The notes: generated by a model not told the origin, from the letters alone. A stretch of DNA of 64,000 nt from an uncultured delta proteobacterium (GCA_963767925.1 CAVYGB010000010.1:992001-1056000), one strand, 5' to 3'; shown: positions 30,190 through 41,018, numbered from the stretch's first letter. Numbers and translations are program-made.

Positions 30190-33100
30190 CCGCCGCCCTC
30201 CTGCTGGCGCTGCTGCAGGCGGCGCCACCGGCGCCCGCCGAGGGCGACCTGGCGGCCGGGTACGCCCGCGCCGCCGAGCTCGAGCAGACCGGCGGGGCGG
30301 AGGCGGCGATCGCCGCCGCGCGGGGGCTGCTCGACCGCGCCCTCGCCGGCAGCGGCTGGCAGGCCGAGGCGGCCCTGCTCGCGACGCTCGACCTGCTCGT
30401 CACCCGCGCGGTCGGCGCGCTGGAGGTGGTGGGCGGCGCGACCGCGCTCGCCCACCGCCACCCGGGGGCCCTGGCGGCGGTGCGGGCCCACCTCGATCGG
30501 GCCTACCCGGCGGCGGCGCGCCTTTCGCCCTTCGCCCCGGCCGCGGTCGCCGGGGCGGCCCTCGAGCTGGCCCTGCACGCGGGCGACACCGGCGCGGCCA
30601 CCGCCTGGCGCGGCCGCCTGGGCTGCGTGCGCGCGGCGACTGTGATCGGCCCGCTGGCCTGGCCCCCCATCGCGGCGACGGCCCGTCCCACCGCGGTCGA
30701 GCGCCCTGGCGCCCGCCTCCTGCCCAGCTATCCCGGCGTGGCTCCCTTCGGCCGCCAGGTGGCGCCCACCGTCGTCGAGGCGATCGGCTGCGGGCTGGAC
30801 CTCTACACGACCAGCGCGCTCGAGGGGCTGCGCGCGGTCGTGGTCGACGTCGAGCTGACCCGGCCGCAGCGCCTGGCCTTCGAGATCGAGAGCCGCTCGA
30901 CCGCCACCCTGGTGGTGGGCGGACAGACCGTGCTGGTGCGCCCCTACGCCCTGGGCGGCGGCCGGGTCCGCAAGCGCGGCGTGGCCGAGGTGGGCGCAGG
31001 GCGGGTCCGGGTTGTGGTGCGGGTGGGGCTCAACGGCGAGGGCGCGCAGCTCGGGCTGCAGGTGCTGGCCGAAGACGGCGCGCCCGTCCCGACCTCGGCG
31101 CCGCGGCCGGGGGAGACCGCGCCGGTCCGCGCGCGGGCAGCGGGACCCCGGCCCCTCTTGCCGGACGGGACCGCGCCCGGCAACGAGAACGAGCGCCTGC
31201 TGGCAGCCGCTGCCCTGCTGGCCCAGGCCGACGCCCGCAGCGCCGAGCGCCTGCTCGAGCAGGGGGCCGGCAGCCGCGGCGGCCAGGCCACCGCGCCGGG
31301 CACACCGCTGGCGGCCCTGCTCTACGCCCGCGCCCTGGTCGCCGCCGGCGACCTGCCGGAGAGCCGGGTGACGCAGCTCCTGGGGGAGGCCCACGCCGCC
31401 ACCTTGCGCGGCTGGCCGGGCGCCTGGGAGGCGCTGCTCGGACAGGCCCTGCACGCCATCCGCCAGCACGGCCCCGTCGAGGGCCAGGGCCGGGCCCTCG
31501 CCCAGCTCGCGGCGGCGCGCGCCCGCTCCGGGGCCGTCGATCCGGCGCTGCTGGCCGTGCAGGCGGCGCTGGCCGAGCGGGCCAACCTGCGCGACCTGGC
31601 GAGCGACAACCAGGCCGAGCTGGCCCGCAAGCTGCCCGGCACCCCGCTGCTCGCCCAGGTCGACCGGCTGGTCGGCGACCGCGTCGGCGCCGAGCAGGAG
31701 GCCTTCCTGTGTGGAGGCGCGCCCGCCCTCGGCCGCCAGGGCAACGACTGCCTGAACCTGCGCATCGCCCTCGGCGATCGCGAGGGCGCGCTGGCCGAGA
31801 TCGAACGGCTGCGCGCGCTGTGGTCCGCCCCCGGCGCCTTCCTCCGCACCGAGCTCCTGCAGCGCTTCGCGCGGGGAGAGACCCGGGCGGCGATCGCCCT
31901 TTACGATCGCATCCCCCCCGCCTACCGGCCGGTGGGCATGCTGGCCGGGCTCCACGCCGGCGACCCCGCCACCTTGCGGGCCCACCTCGCGCGCGACGTC
32001 GCCACCACCTCGGACGATCCCACCGGCGCGCTGGCCGCCCTCACCAGCCTGCTCGGCGACAGCCCCGCGCCCGCCTGGGAGGCGGAGAGCGCCGCCCGCA
32101 TCGCCGAGGACCGGCGCCGGGCCGCCGCCGCCGCCACCTTCGTCCTGGTCCACCGCGAGGTCTACGCCATCGCCCCCTCGGGCCTCCTGCGCTACACGCT
32201 CTACGACCTGCGCCGGTTTTCGGGCACCGCCGACGTCGACCGCCCCGAGGAGGTGGCCCCCCAGCTGGTCTCGGGCCGGGAGCTGCGCCGCTCGCTGCGC
32301 CGGCGCATCTTCAAGCCCGACGGGCGCGTCCTCGACCCGGAGCCGCGGGTGGGGCGCCAGGGACGCACCGACCTGTCCCAGCTCGAGCCGGGCGATTACC
32401 TGGAAGAGATCACCGAGGGCTGGAGCGTGCCCACCTCGGCCGGGCAGGTGTACCTGCTGAGCCAGGACCTGCTCCCCGCGCGCACCAGCGTGCTGGAGGC
32501 CAGCATCGAGATCCGCCGCCCCCGGGGCCTGCCCCTCGATCTGTGGGCCCACCCGCTGCTCGGCCGCCCCACCACCACCTCGGCCGGCGCCGACACCGTC
32601 ACCCGCTACGCCCTGCGGGGGGCCGCCCCTCGCCGGCTGGAGACGCGCGTCCCGCCCAACGACCGCTCGGTCGCGGTCCACGCCACCACCATGCGCTGGT
32701 CGGCCAGCGGCCCCCTGCTGGCCGAGACGGTTGCCGCCCTCGACGACGACGACCCGCTCGTGACCGCCTGGGCGAAGAGCCTCGTCGCCGACCCGGCCGC
32801 CGGGCGCGCCGCCGCCGTGGCGGCGGTGGTCAGCGCCGTGGGCCAGAAGGTGCGGCGGGCCGAGTGGTCGCTGCTCACCGACGTCTACTGGGCCCCCGTC
32901 CGCTCCCAGCGCAGCAACGCCCGGGCGATCCTCGAGCTCGGCGACGGCAGCCGCACCTGGCTGGCCTACCGGGCCCTGCGCGCCCTCGACCTGCCTGCGG
33001 AGCTCGTGGTGGCCGAGGAGGAGCCGCTGTCCGCCGACCCCCGCCAGCCCCACCGCTACGGCCGCTTTCGCCACCCGCTGATCGTCGTCCGCGGCAGCGC

Positions 33101-33938
33101 GAAGGACGCGGATGATCTGTGGCTCGACCTCGACGTGCGGGGCCCGCCCCTGCCCCCCGGGCGGGTCAGCCCCCAGCTCCGCGACCGGCTGGCGGTCGAT
33201 GCGCGCGGCCGCATCTTCCGCGTGCCCGACGCGGTCGCCGCCGCCCAGGCCACCGAGGTCGACATCGACCTCGCGCTCGACGACAAGGGGACCGCGCGCG
33301 GGACCTTCACCGCCGCCCTGCGGGGGCGGGACGCCCAGCTCATGGCCGAGGAGCTCCCCTACCGGGTGGGCCTGCACCGCGAGCAGCGGCTGCGGGCCAT
33401 CGTCCTCGGCTGGCTCCCCTCGGCGACGGTCAACGAGGTGGCCCTGGTCTCCGAGGAGGGCGCCTGGGAGGTGTCGCTGAAGGCGGGGGTCGAGCTGCCG
33501 GGCTACGCCCAGTCGGACGAGGCGGGCCTCACCTTGCCGGGCATCGAGCCCCTGCACGGCGTCTACGACGATCCGCCGGCCGCCACCCTCGGGGCCACCT
33601 TCGCCAAGCACCGGGGCCGCGACAGCGCCCTGTCGATCGCCGAGGCGGTCTCGTACCGGCTGCGCCGGCGGGTGACCCTGCCCGGGCCCGGCCGCCTGCC
33701 CGGCGCGGGGCCGGCGCTGGCCCTGCACGACGGCCACCTCGAGGCCGTCCGCACGGTGGCGCTGTCGGGCGGGGCGGCCCTCGACGAGCGCTTCGAGCTG
33801 ACCATCCCCACCGCCGCGCTCGACAAGCCGGGCTACCAGCGGTTCGTGAAGGCAGCGGCCCGGATCGACGAGGCGTTCCTGACGCCCACCCGGGTGCTGC
33901 ACGCCGCCTCCGGCCGCCAGGGACCGCTGTCGAAGTAG
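30186..33938 (+). CDS. Secreted paralog with degenerate transglutaminase-like domain
   Basis: ATGA-coupled; signal-like MTAALLLALLQA; LSQLEPGDYLE, GDGSRTWLAY (no Cys), FRHPLIVV, WLDLD. Confidence 0.75.
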   Translation: MTAALLLALLQAAPPAPAEGDLAAGYARAAELEQTGGAEAAIAAARGLLDRALAGSGWQAEAALLATLDLLVTRAVGALEVVGGATALAHRHPGALAAVRAHLDRAYPAAARLSPFAPAAVAGAALELALHAGDTGAATAWRGRLGCVRAATVIGPLAWPPIAATARPTAVERPGARLLPSYPGVAPFGRQVAPTVVEAIGCGLDLYTTSALEGLRAVVVDVELTRPQRLAFEIESRSTATLVVGGQTVLVRPYALGGGRVRKRGVAEVGAGRVRVVVRVGLNGEGAQLGLQVLAEDGAPVPTSAPRPGETAPVRARAAGPRPLLPDGTAPGNENERLLAAAALLAQADARSAERLLEQGAGSRGGQATAPGTPLAALLYARALVAAGDLPESRVTQLLGEAHAATLRGWPGAWEALLGQALHAIRQHGPVEGQGRALAQLAAARARSGAVDPALLAVQAALAERANLRDLASDNQAELARKLPGTPLLAQVDRLVGDRVGAEQEAFLCGGAPALGRQGNDCLNLRIALGDREGALAEIERLRALWSAPGAFLRTELLQRFARGETRAAIALYDRIPPAYRPVGMLAGLHAGDPATLRAHLARDVATTSDDPTGALAALTSLLGDSPAPAWEAESAARIAEDRRRAAAAATFVLVHREVYAIAPSGLLRYTLYDLRRFSGTADVDRPEEVAPQLVSGRELRRSLRRRIFKPDGRVLDPEPRVGRQGRTDLSQLEPGDYLEEITEGWSVPTSAGQVYLLSQDLLPARTSVLEASIEIRRPRGLPLDLWAHPLLGRPTTTSAGADTVTRYALRGAAPRRLETRVPPNDRSVAVHATTMRWSASGPLLAETVAALDDDDPLVTAWAKSLVADPAAGRAAAVAAVVSAVGQKVRRAEWSLLTDVYWAPVRSQRSNARAILELGDGSRTWLAYRALRALDLPAELVVAEEEPLSADPRQPHRYGRFRHPLIVVRGSAKDADDLWLDLDVRGPPLPPGRVSPQLRDRLAVDARGRIFRVPDAVAAAQATEVDIDLALDDKGTARGTFTAALRGRDAQLMAEELPYRVGLHREQRLRAIVLGWLPSATVNEVALVSEEGAWEVSLKAGVELPGYAQSDEAGLTLPGIEPLHGVYDDPPAATLGATFAKHRGRDSALSIAEAVSYRLRRRVTLPGPGRLPGAGPALALHDGHLEAVRTVALSGGAALDERFELTIPTAALDKPGYQRFVKAAARIDEAFLTPTRVLHAASGRQGPLSK

Positions 33939-34306
33939 TCGGGTTCCCTCGCTTCACTCGGGCCGGACCAGGCGCGCGAGGTGGCGGTCTGCACCAGCGA
34001 CTCGATGCGGGCGCGGGGCACGGCGCCGGTGATCTGACCGACCACCTTGCCGCCCGAGAAGAGCAGCAGGGTGGGCAGGCCGCGCACGTCGAAGCGGGCG
34101 GCCAGCTCGGGGTTGCTGTCGCTGTCGACCTTGCCCACCCGCAGCCTCCCCTCGTAGGCGCCGGCGATGGCCTCCACGTGGGGGGCGATGGCCCGGCAGG
34201 GGGGGCACCAGAGGGCGGTGAAGTCGACCAGGACCGGTACGGGCGAGGCCGCCACCGTCTCGACGAAGTTGTTGTCGGTGATCTCCAGGAGCTTGTTCGC
34301 GGGCAT
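33833..34306 (-). CDS. trxA: Thioredoxin (true stop may be 33954)
   Basis: ITDNNFVETV, PVLVDFTALWCPPCRAIAP, FDVRGLPTLLLF, GAVPR. Confidence 0.9.
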   Translation of the reverse strand: MPANKLLEITDNNFVETVAASPVPVLVDFTALWCPPCRAIAPHVEAIAGAYEGRLRVGKVDSDSNPELAARFDVRGLPTLLLFSGGKVVGQITGAVPRARIESLVQTATSRAWSGPSEAREPDYFDSGPWRPEAACSTRVGVRNASSIRAAAFTNRW

Positions 34307-34390
34307 GATCGGGAAGGTGCTGGCCCCGCCCGCCATTACAGGCAAGCGGTCGGGCGGGGCCGGGGCGCATTTTTTTCCCCGATCCCCGTA

Positions 34391-34626
34391 ATGAGCCGGC
34401 CGGTCGACACCCTGGTAGATATGGAGCAGCCGATGCCGGAGCCGGACCTGTCCGCGTTGCCCTGCGGCGGGCCACCCGCCGAGCGGGTCGCCTTCCTGAC
34501 CGCATGCTCGACGAGGTCCCGGGCGACGACGTCGCGCGCACCCTGGGCATCAGCCCGGGCCACGTCGCGGTCCTGCTCCACCGGGCCAAGGCCAGTCTGC
34601 TGGCCTGCATGACCGACGGTCCTTGA
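34391..34626 (+). pseudogene. ECF sigma factor region-4 remnant, frameshifted
   Basis: ERVAFLT, shift near 34500, RMLDEVPGDDVARTLGISPGHVAVLLHRAKASLLACM; no region 2. Confidence 0.65.
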
Positions 34627-34680
34627 CCCGGTCGGGCGGGGCCTCTATTTTCCGGCCCTGCTGATCAAGGGGGCCGTGCG

Positions 34681-35601
34681 GTGAACCATCGAAGCGCCTT
34701 CGTCCTTAGCGCGTTCGTCTTTTCTTCGGTCGCCGGGCTGGCGCTGGCCGCCTGCGCGGGCCGCTCGCCGCCCGCCTCGAAGGTGGTCAAACCCGAGCTG
34801 GGCCAGCAGATCTACGGCGAGTCCCTGCCCCCCCGCACGGTGGTCCTCACCTACGACGACGGCCCCGACGAGTCGACCTTGCCGATCGCCCGCTACCTGG
34901 CGTCCGAGGGGCTCTCGGTCACCTTCTTCGTCAACGGCGGGCGCTTCTGCCAGGAGACCGACCCGGCGGGCACCTGCCTGCAGCCGATGGAGACGCGGCC
35001 CTGCGACGACGGCCGGACCCAGGAGGTGGTGGCCGCCCCCCGCTACTACCCGGAGTCGCTGCTCGATGAGCTGCTGGCCCTCGGCCACCGCATCGGCAAC
35101 CACACCCAGGGGCACTGCCACCTCACCAGGCAGACCAACCCGGTCAACCTGGAGTGGGAGATCGCCGCCACCCAGGAGATCCTCGACCGCCACGTGCGCG
35201 ACGGCATCTTCCTGTTCCGGGCCCCCTTCGGCAACTGGGACCAGGCCACCGCCGAGCGGATGGCCCCCACAAGGGTCTGGCGCCGGCTGACCGGCCCCAT
35301 CAACTGGGACGTCGATGGACACGACTGGGCCTGCTGGAAGGGCAGCGGCGGGCCCGAGCAGTGCGTGGAGAACTACCTGCGGGTGCTGGCCGCTCGCCCC
35401 AACCACAACGGCATCTTCATCATGCACGACCGCCCCGAGTTCAACGTGGGCATCGACGGCCCCCTCGAGATGACGAAGATCCTCGTGCCCCGCCTGCGCG
35501 CCCACGGCTACAAGTTCGCCACCCTCGACGACCTGCTCGGCCTCCCCCCGCCGATCGCCCCCCCACCCGCCCGCGTCGCCGCCAGCTCCAACCTGCCCTG
35601 A
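34681..35601 (+). CDS. Polysaccharide deacetylase (NodB/CE4) lipoprotein
   Basis: Lipobox LAAC, LTYDDGP, GNHTQGH, FRAPFG, IFIMHD. Confidence 0.9.
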   Translation: MNHRSAFVLSAFVFSSVAGLALAACAGRSPPASKVVKPELGQQIYGESLPPRTVVLTYDDGPDESTLPIARYLASEGLSVTFFVNGGRFCQETDPAGTCLQPMETRPCDDGRTQEVVAAPRYYPESLLDELLALGHRIGNHTQGHCHLTRQTNPVNLEWEIAATQEILDRHVRDGIFLFRAPFGNWDQATAERMAPTRVWRRLTGPINWDVDGHDWACWKGSGGPEQCVENYLRVLAARPNHNGIFIMHDRPEFNVGIDGPLEMTKILVPRLRAHGYKFATLDDLLGLPPPIAPPPARVAASSNLP

Positions 35602-35634
35602 GCAAGGTCCGGCCCCGGTGCCGGGCGCCGGGCG

Positions 35635-38600
35635 TTACATGTGGGCGGCGTCCCGGCGGTGGCGGGGGATGGTAATCACGAACTCGGCGAACTCGCCGGC
35701 CACGCTGTCGACGCGCAGGGCGCCCCGGTGGATGCGGGTGATGATGTCGTGGCTGATCGACAGGCCCAGGCCGGTGCCCTCCCCGGCCGGCTTGGTGGTG
35801 AAGAAGGGCATGAAGATGCGGTCGCGCAGGTCCTGCTTGATGCCCACCCCGTTGTCCCGCACCGCCACCTCGACTTCCTCGCCGACTGCCCTCGTGTGGA
35901 CCCGCATCTCCGGGGCGAAGCCGTCGCCCACCTCGGTCCGCTTGCGCAGCAGGGCGTGGCGGGCGTTGTTGATGAGGTTGACCAGCACCCGGTTGAGGTC
36001 GTGGGCCACCCCGTCGACGTAGCCGACCTGGGGATCGTACTGGGTCCGGATGTCGATCTTGAGCCCGTCCTGGCTCTGCACCGCGGTCAGCTTCACGCTG
36101 TCGGCGACCAGCCCGTTGAGGTCGATGGCCTCGAGCTGCCCGGTGCGGGGCCCCCCGTGGCGGCCCATCGCCCCCACGATGTCGCTGGCCCGGCGGCCGT
36201 GTTGCACCACCTTGCCCACGCTCTCCTCGAGATCGCCGAGGAGGTTGAGCAGGTACTTGTGGTCGACGTCGAGGCCCCGGGTGTAACGGGACTTGAGGTG
36301 GCCCCCCACCTCCTCGGACAGGCGCAGCGACACCTCCCCGAAGTTGGTGACGAAGTTGAGCGGGTTCTTGATCTCGTGGGCGATGCCGGCGGTCAAGGCC
36401 CCCAGAGCGGCCAGCTTCTCCTGGGTGACGAGCTGCTTTTGCATCTCGGCCTGGCGAGCCAGGGAGGCGGCCAGCTCCCGGTTGCGCTGGCTCAGCTCCT
36501 CGGTGCGGGCCTGCACCTGCTGCTCGAGGCGATCGTAGAGGCGGGCGTTCTCCAGGGAGATGACCGCCTGGGCGGCCAGCACCTCGAGGACAATGACGTT
36601 GTTGCTGGAGAAGGCCCCCCGCACCGAGGCGTTCTCCAGGTAGACCAGGCCCAGCACGTCCCCCTGCCGCAGCAGGGGCAGGCACAGCACCGAGCCGACC
36701 TTGTTGTCGCAGATGTAGCGGTCGTGCCCGAAGCGCATGCTGCTGACGGCGTCGTCGAGCAGGACACATTCCCGCGTGCGGGCGGCGTAGTTGATGATCG
36801 AGGCGGGTAGGCCCCGGTGGCCCCGGCGGGCCAGCTCCTCGAGGGGCATGGCCTCCAGCATGGTGGTGCGACCGGAGTCGATGCGCCGCCCCGCCTCCAC
36901 CACCCAGTGCTCGTCCTTGAGCATGAGGACGTAGCCCGCCTCGGCCCCCCCGCACTCGATGAGGACCTGCAGCAGCTTCTGCAGGAGGCGCTCGGAGCGC
37001 ACCTCGCTGGAGATGGCCCGCGAGCCGTTGAGCACGTTGACGAAGTCGACGACGTCGAACTCGCGCTCTTCTCCCCGGGCCAGGTTGGCCACCGTGACCG
37101 AGCCGGTGATGGCCCGGGGCAGCAGGTGGGGAAACTCGCGCTCGAGGCGCTTGACCTTGGCGTCGGCCCCCCAGCGGCCGAAGGTGCGCTGGGCCCGCCG
37201 CAGGTAGGGCCGGGCCCGCGCCACCTCCCCGCTGCCGAGGAAGAAGCGGGCCGCCCGCTCGCAGGCGATGGCCTCCTCGTGCAGGTAGCCGTTGGCGTGG
37301 GCCAGGTCGACCGCCCGCAGGTAGCCCTGCTCGGCGCGGGCCCCCTCCCCCTCCAGCCGGGCCAGCTCGGCCTCGATCAGCGCCACCTTGTGCTCGAGCG
37401 AGCGGGGGTTGTGGGGCAGCCAGCCCAGGAGCTTCTTCTGGTTGTCGGCCACCTCGCCGAGCAGGGCCGCCCGCCGATCGGGCAACACCTCGACGGCGGC
37501 CAGGCGGCACAGCGAATCGAAGAAGGTGAGCGGGATGGCCCAGAAGGCGCTGGCGAAGAAGGAGAGCGCCCGGGTGGCGTCGGCGCTCTGCAGGGCCCGC
37601 TCGGGCTCCCCGAACAGGAAACAGAGCTGCATCTTGCCGAAGTGGTAGTTGAACTGCGCGCTGAGGTCCTTGTGGGCGACGTGGACCGGCAGCCGAACAG
37701 TCTCGTCGTAGATGGGGCCGTGAAACCAGGTCGGCTCGCCGTGGGGGTTGCGCAGGTTCTCCACGGTCTGCTGGTAGATCTCGTGCCAGTTGAGGACCAG
37801 GGCCTCCTGCGAGCGCCGGACGTAAGTGCGAAAGTGCTCCATGTCGGGGGCCAGCAGGCTGAGGCTGTCGCCGCTCAGCAGCCGCCCGATGCAGAAGGTC
37901 GTGGCCCCGCAGGCGGCCATGAAGGGGGTGCCCGCCTCCACCCCGTAGCGGTGGGCGGTCAGCAGGGCGGGCACCAGCTCGGCGATGGGCGTGCTCCAGT
38001 GCAGGAGCTGGTAGTTGGCGTAGAGGTAGGTCTGGGCCAGCACCCGGGCGTCGCCGAACTTCTCGGCCAGGGTGAGGGCCAGGCGCCCGAAGTCCACCGC
38101 CCGGTGCAGCTCGTGGCGCAGCGACAGCAGCAGGCCGTAAAAGATGTAGCCGTTGGCCGACTCGGCCACGTTGCCGTGGGCCAGCGACAGCCGCACCAGC
38201 CGGCAGACGACGATGCTCTGGAGCTGGCTGTTCACGATGAGGGTGGCGAACACCAGCTTGCTGAGCAGCTCCATGGCCATCGCCGCCTGGCGGTCCTGGC
38301 AGACCGGGAGCTGGGCCAGATCGGCCACCGTGCGGGCCCCGAGCGCGTCGGAGGTCTCGCGCAGCTCCCGCTCGACCTCCTCGGGCCCGATCTCCCGGGG
38401 GATCTCGTAGCCCAGCTCCTTGAGGGCCGCGCAGTAGGTGTCGATGGCCTCACCCGGGTGTTGCTGCGAGTAGTGGACCTGCCCCTGGATCGCCCGCACC
38501 CGCACGGCGTCCAGCGCGGTCCGGGCGTGCTCGACGATCTCCTGGGCCAGGCCCTGCAAGACCTCCAGCTCCCCGGCGACGAAGCAGGCCCCGGCGGCGG

Positions 38601-40965
38601 TGATCGCCAGCTCGAGGGCCAGCTCGTACGCGCTTTGCCAGGCCCGGGGCCCCAGCAGCGCGCGTCCGGCCCGGGCCAGCTCGAGGGCCCGGCTACCGGC
38701 GGCCGCCGCCAGCGCCGCCCGGGAGGCCTCCAGGTTGAGGCGGGCCAGGGCGGTGCGCTCCTCGGGATCGGTGATCAGTTCGTGGGCCCGGTTGAGCTGT
38801 CCGACGATGTCGAACAGCGCCCTGGCCCGATCGCCGGTGTCGACCTGGTCGCGCAGGCGGCGGCCCACGTCGAGGTGCAGGGCCGCCCGGCGCTTGTCGT
38901 CGGCCGTCGCGGAGACCGCCTGCCGCACCCGATCGTGGGCGAAGGCGAAGCGCAGCGGCGTCTCCAGGTCCAGCTCGGAGGGCCCGTGCAGGCGGTCGAG
39001 GGCGTAGACAAGGCCGGCGTCGATGGCCGGCCAGAGGGCCCGCCCGCTGGCGTAGGGCGCCACCCGCTTCAAGGTCTGCAGGTCGAAGCGGGTCCCCAGA
39101 CAGGCCGCCACCAGCAGCAGCTCCTGGGTGGGCTGGGGCAAGGCGGCGACGCGGCCGAGCAGCAGATCGACGACGTTTTCGGTGGCCGCCCGCCGGGTGA
39201 TGGCGGGCAGATCGATGCCGGCGCTGAGCGAGGCCAGCAGGCCATCGGCCTGCAGCGCCTCGAGGAAGGCCCGCGTGAAAAACGGATTGCCCCCCGTGCG
39301 CGACAGCAGCACCTGGGCCAGGGCCACCGCCTGCTCGGGCGGCAGGGGGGCGCAGGCGGCCACGAACTCGCCGAGCGCCTGGGGCGTCAGCGGACCGAGG
39401 GTGAGCCGCTCGACCCGCCCCCCGCCCGCCGCCAGCTTGTCGAGCTCGAGCTGCAGCTCGAGGGCCCGCACCTCGGCCTCGTCCCCGTCCCGGTAGGCGC
39501 AGACCAGCAGCAGGGGCTGGCTGGCGGCCGAGCGGTGGATCTCGCCGATCAGCTCGAGGGCGTCGGATCCCGCCCACTGCAGGTCATCGAAGAACAGACA
39601 GACCGGCCGCCCGCCCGCGGTGATGGCGGCGAAGAAGTCGTGGAAGGCCCGGTGCAAGCGGGTGCGCGCCTCCTCGGGCGCCACCTCGCCGAGGGCCGGC
39701 TGGGGCCCCAGGATGAGCTCGAGGCTGGGGCAGGCCCGGATGAGGAGCTGCAGGTTCGAGCACCCGCTCAGGATGCGCGTGCGCCACTCGGCGATGCGAT
39801 CCCCGCTCTCGCCCAGGATCTGCTCGACGAAGTCGGCGAGGGCCTGGCGGATCGCCAGGTAGGGGGCGTTGAGCCCCAGGGCGTCGCTCTTGCCGGCCAG
39901 GAAATAGCCCTGGCGCCCGGTGAGCGGGCGATGCAGCTCGTTGATCAGCCGGGACTTGCCGATGCCGGCCGGCCCCTTCACGGCGACCAGGGTGGCGCCC
40001 TGGGCGCCGGTGCGCTCGAGCGCGGAGATGAGGACGGCCACCTCCTCGTCCCGGCCGTAGATGCGCTGGGGCAGGCGGAAGCGATCGGCGATGTCGGCGG
40101 CGCCGGGGGGAAAGTCGGCCTGCTGGTTGCCGGCCCGGACCTGGGCCAGGCACTGCTCGAGATCGGCGCGCAGGCCGCGGGTGGTCTGGTAGCGCTGGTC
40201 GGCGTCCTTGGCCAGCAGCTTGACGATGATGGCGGACAGCGCGGGCGGCAGGGCGTGTTTGAGATCGCGCGGGGGCACCACCGCCTGGGCCACGTGGGCG
40301 TGCACCATCTCGACGGCGTCCTGGACCCCGAAGGGCGGCGCCCCGGTGGCCAGCTCGTAGAGCGTCGCCCCCATGGCGTAGTAGTCGGTGCGGTAGTCGA
40401 TGGCCCGGTTCATGCGCCCGGTCTGCTCGGGCGACATGTAGGCCAGAGTGCCCTCGGCGGTCCCCACCGCCAGGTAGCTGGTCGGCTCCTCGCGCAGCAC
40501 CGTCGCGATCCCGAAGTCGATGATCTGCAGGCGCCGGCTGCGGGCGTCGAGGATCAGGTTGCCCGGGTTGACGTCCTTGTGCACGACGTTTTGCCGGTGG
40601 ACCGCCTCCACAACCGTGGTGAGGGAGAGGGCCAGCTCGAGCAGCTCCTCGTTCGACAGGCGGCCCGCCATCCCCAGGTCGCGCAGGGCGGTCCCGCCCG
40701 TGTCCTCGAGGATCAACCCCCGGCGGGCGCCGTCCTGCTCGAGGCCCTGCCCCTTGACCACCCCCTCGACGCCCTCCAGCCGCTTGAGGATCTCGAGCTC
40801 CCGGGCGAGAGCGCGGATGCGATCTCGCCCGGGATTTTCCTCCGCGAGGATCTTCAACACCGCGGTTTTTCCGGTCGACTCGTGTCGGCCCCGGTAGACG
40901 ACGGTGTTCACTCCGTGGTGGAGCTTTTCGACCAACGAGAACCCGGCGAAGACGGCTAAAGTCAT
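35635..40965 (-). CDS. Trifunctional Ser/Thr kinase - AAA ATPase - GAF - histidine kinase
   Basis: HKDVNPGN, IIDFG, GTLAYMSPEQTGRMNR; GPAGIGKS, FFDDLQWA, TGGNPFF; GAF SVLCLPL...LVYLEN; AHEIKNPLNF, FFTTKPAGEGTGLGL. Confidence 0.95.
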   Translation of the reverse strand: MTLAVFAGFSLVEKLHHGVNTVVYRGRHESTGKTAVLKILAEENPGRDRIRALARELEILKRLEGVEGVVKGQGLEQDGARRGLILEDTGGTALRDLGMAGRLSNEELLELALSLTTVVEAVHRQNVVHKDVNPGNLILDARSRRLQIIDFGIATVLREEPTSYLAVGTAEGTLAYMSPEQTGRMNRAIDYRTDYYAMGATLYELATGAPPFGVQDAVEMVHAHVAQAVVPPRDLKHALPPALSAIIVKLLAKDADQRYQTTRGLRADLEQCLAQVRAGNQQADFPPGAADIADRFRLPQRIYGRDEEVAVLISALERTGAQGATLVAVKGPAGIGKSRLINELHRPLTGRQGYFLAGKSDALGLNAPYLAIRQALADFVEQILGESGDRIAEWRTRILSGCSNLQLLIRACPSLELILGPQPALGEVAPEEARTRLHRAFHDFFAAITAGGRPVCLFFDDLQWAGSDALELIGEIHRSAASQPLLLVCAYRDGDEAEVRALELQLELDKLAAGGGRVERLTLGPLTPQALGEFVAACAPLPPEQAVALAQVLLSRTGGNPFFTRAFLEALQADGLLASLSAGIDLPAITRRAATENVVDLLLGRVAALPQPTQELLLVAACLGTRFDLQTLKRVAPYASGRALWPAIDAGLVYALDRLHGPSELDLETPLRFAFAHDRVRQAVSATADDKRRAALHLDVGRRLRDQVDTGDRARALFDIVGQLNRAHELITDPEERTALARLNLEASRAALAAAAGSRALELARAGRALLGPRAWQSAYELALELAITAAGACFVAGELEVLQGLAQEIVEHARTALDAVRVRAIQGQVHYSQQHPGEAIDTYCAALKELGYEIPREIGPEEVERELRETSDALGARTVADLAQLPVCQDRQAAMAMELLSKLVFATLIVNSQLQSIVVCRLVRLSLAHGNVAESANGYIFYGLLLSLRHELHRAVDFGRLALTLAEKFGDARVLAQTYLYANYQLLHWSTPIAELVPALLTAHRYGVEAGTPFMAACGATTFCIGRLLSGDSLSLLAPDMEHFRTYVRRSQEALVLNWHEIYQQTVENLRNPHGEPTWFHGPIYDETVRLPVHVAHKDLSAQFNYHFGKMQLCFLFGEPERALQSADATRALSFFASAFWAIPLTFFDSLCRLAAVEVLPDRRAALLGEVADNQKKLLGWLPHNPRSLEHKVALIEAELARLEGEGARAEQGYLRAVDLAHANGYLHEEAIACERAARFFLGSGEVARARPYLRRAQRTFGRWGADAKVKRLEREFPHLLPRAITGSVTVANLARGEEREFDVVDFVNVLNGSRAISSEVRSERLLQKLLQVLIECGGAEAGYVLMLKDEHWVVEAGRRIDSGRTTMLEAMPLEELARRGHRGLPASIINYAARTRECVLLDDAVSSMRFGHDRYICDNKVGSVLCLPLLRQGDVLGLVYLENASVRGAFSSNNVIVLEVLAAQAVISLENARLYDRLEQQVQARTEELSQRNRELAASLARQAEMQKQLVTQEKLAALGALTAGIAHEIKNPLNFVTNFGEVSLRLSEEVGGHLKSRYTRGLDVDHKYLLNLLGDLEESVGKVVQHGRRASDIVGAMGRHGGPRTGQLEAIDLNGLVADSVKLTAVQSQDGLKIDIRTQYDPQVGYVDGVAHDLNRVLVNLINNARHALLRKRTEVGDGFAPEMRVHTRAVGEEVEVAVRDNGVGIKQDLRDRIFMPFFTTKPAGEGTGLGLSISHDIITRIHRGALRVDSVAGEFAEFVITIPRHRRDAAHM

Positions 40966-41018
40966 GAATCCTCGAGGGAGCGCTGCGCCTCTGGGTTATC
41001 GCAGGCCCCGGTTGCGGC

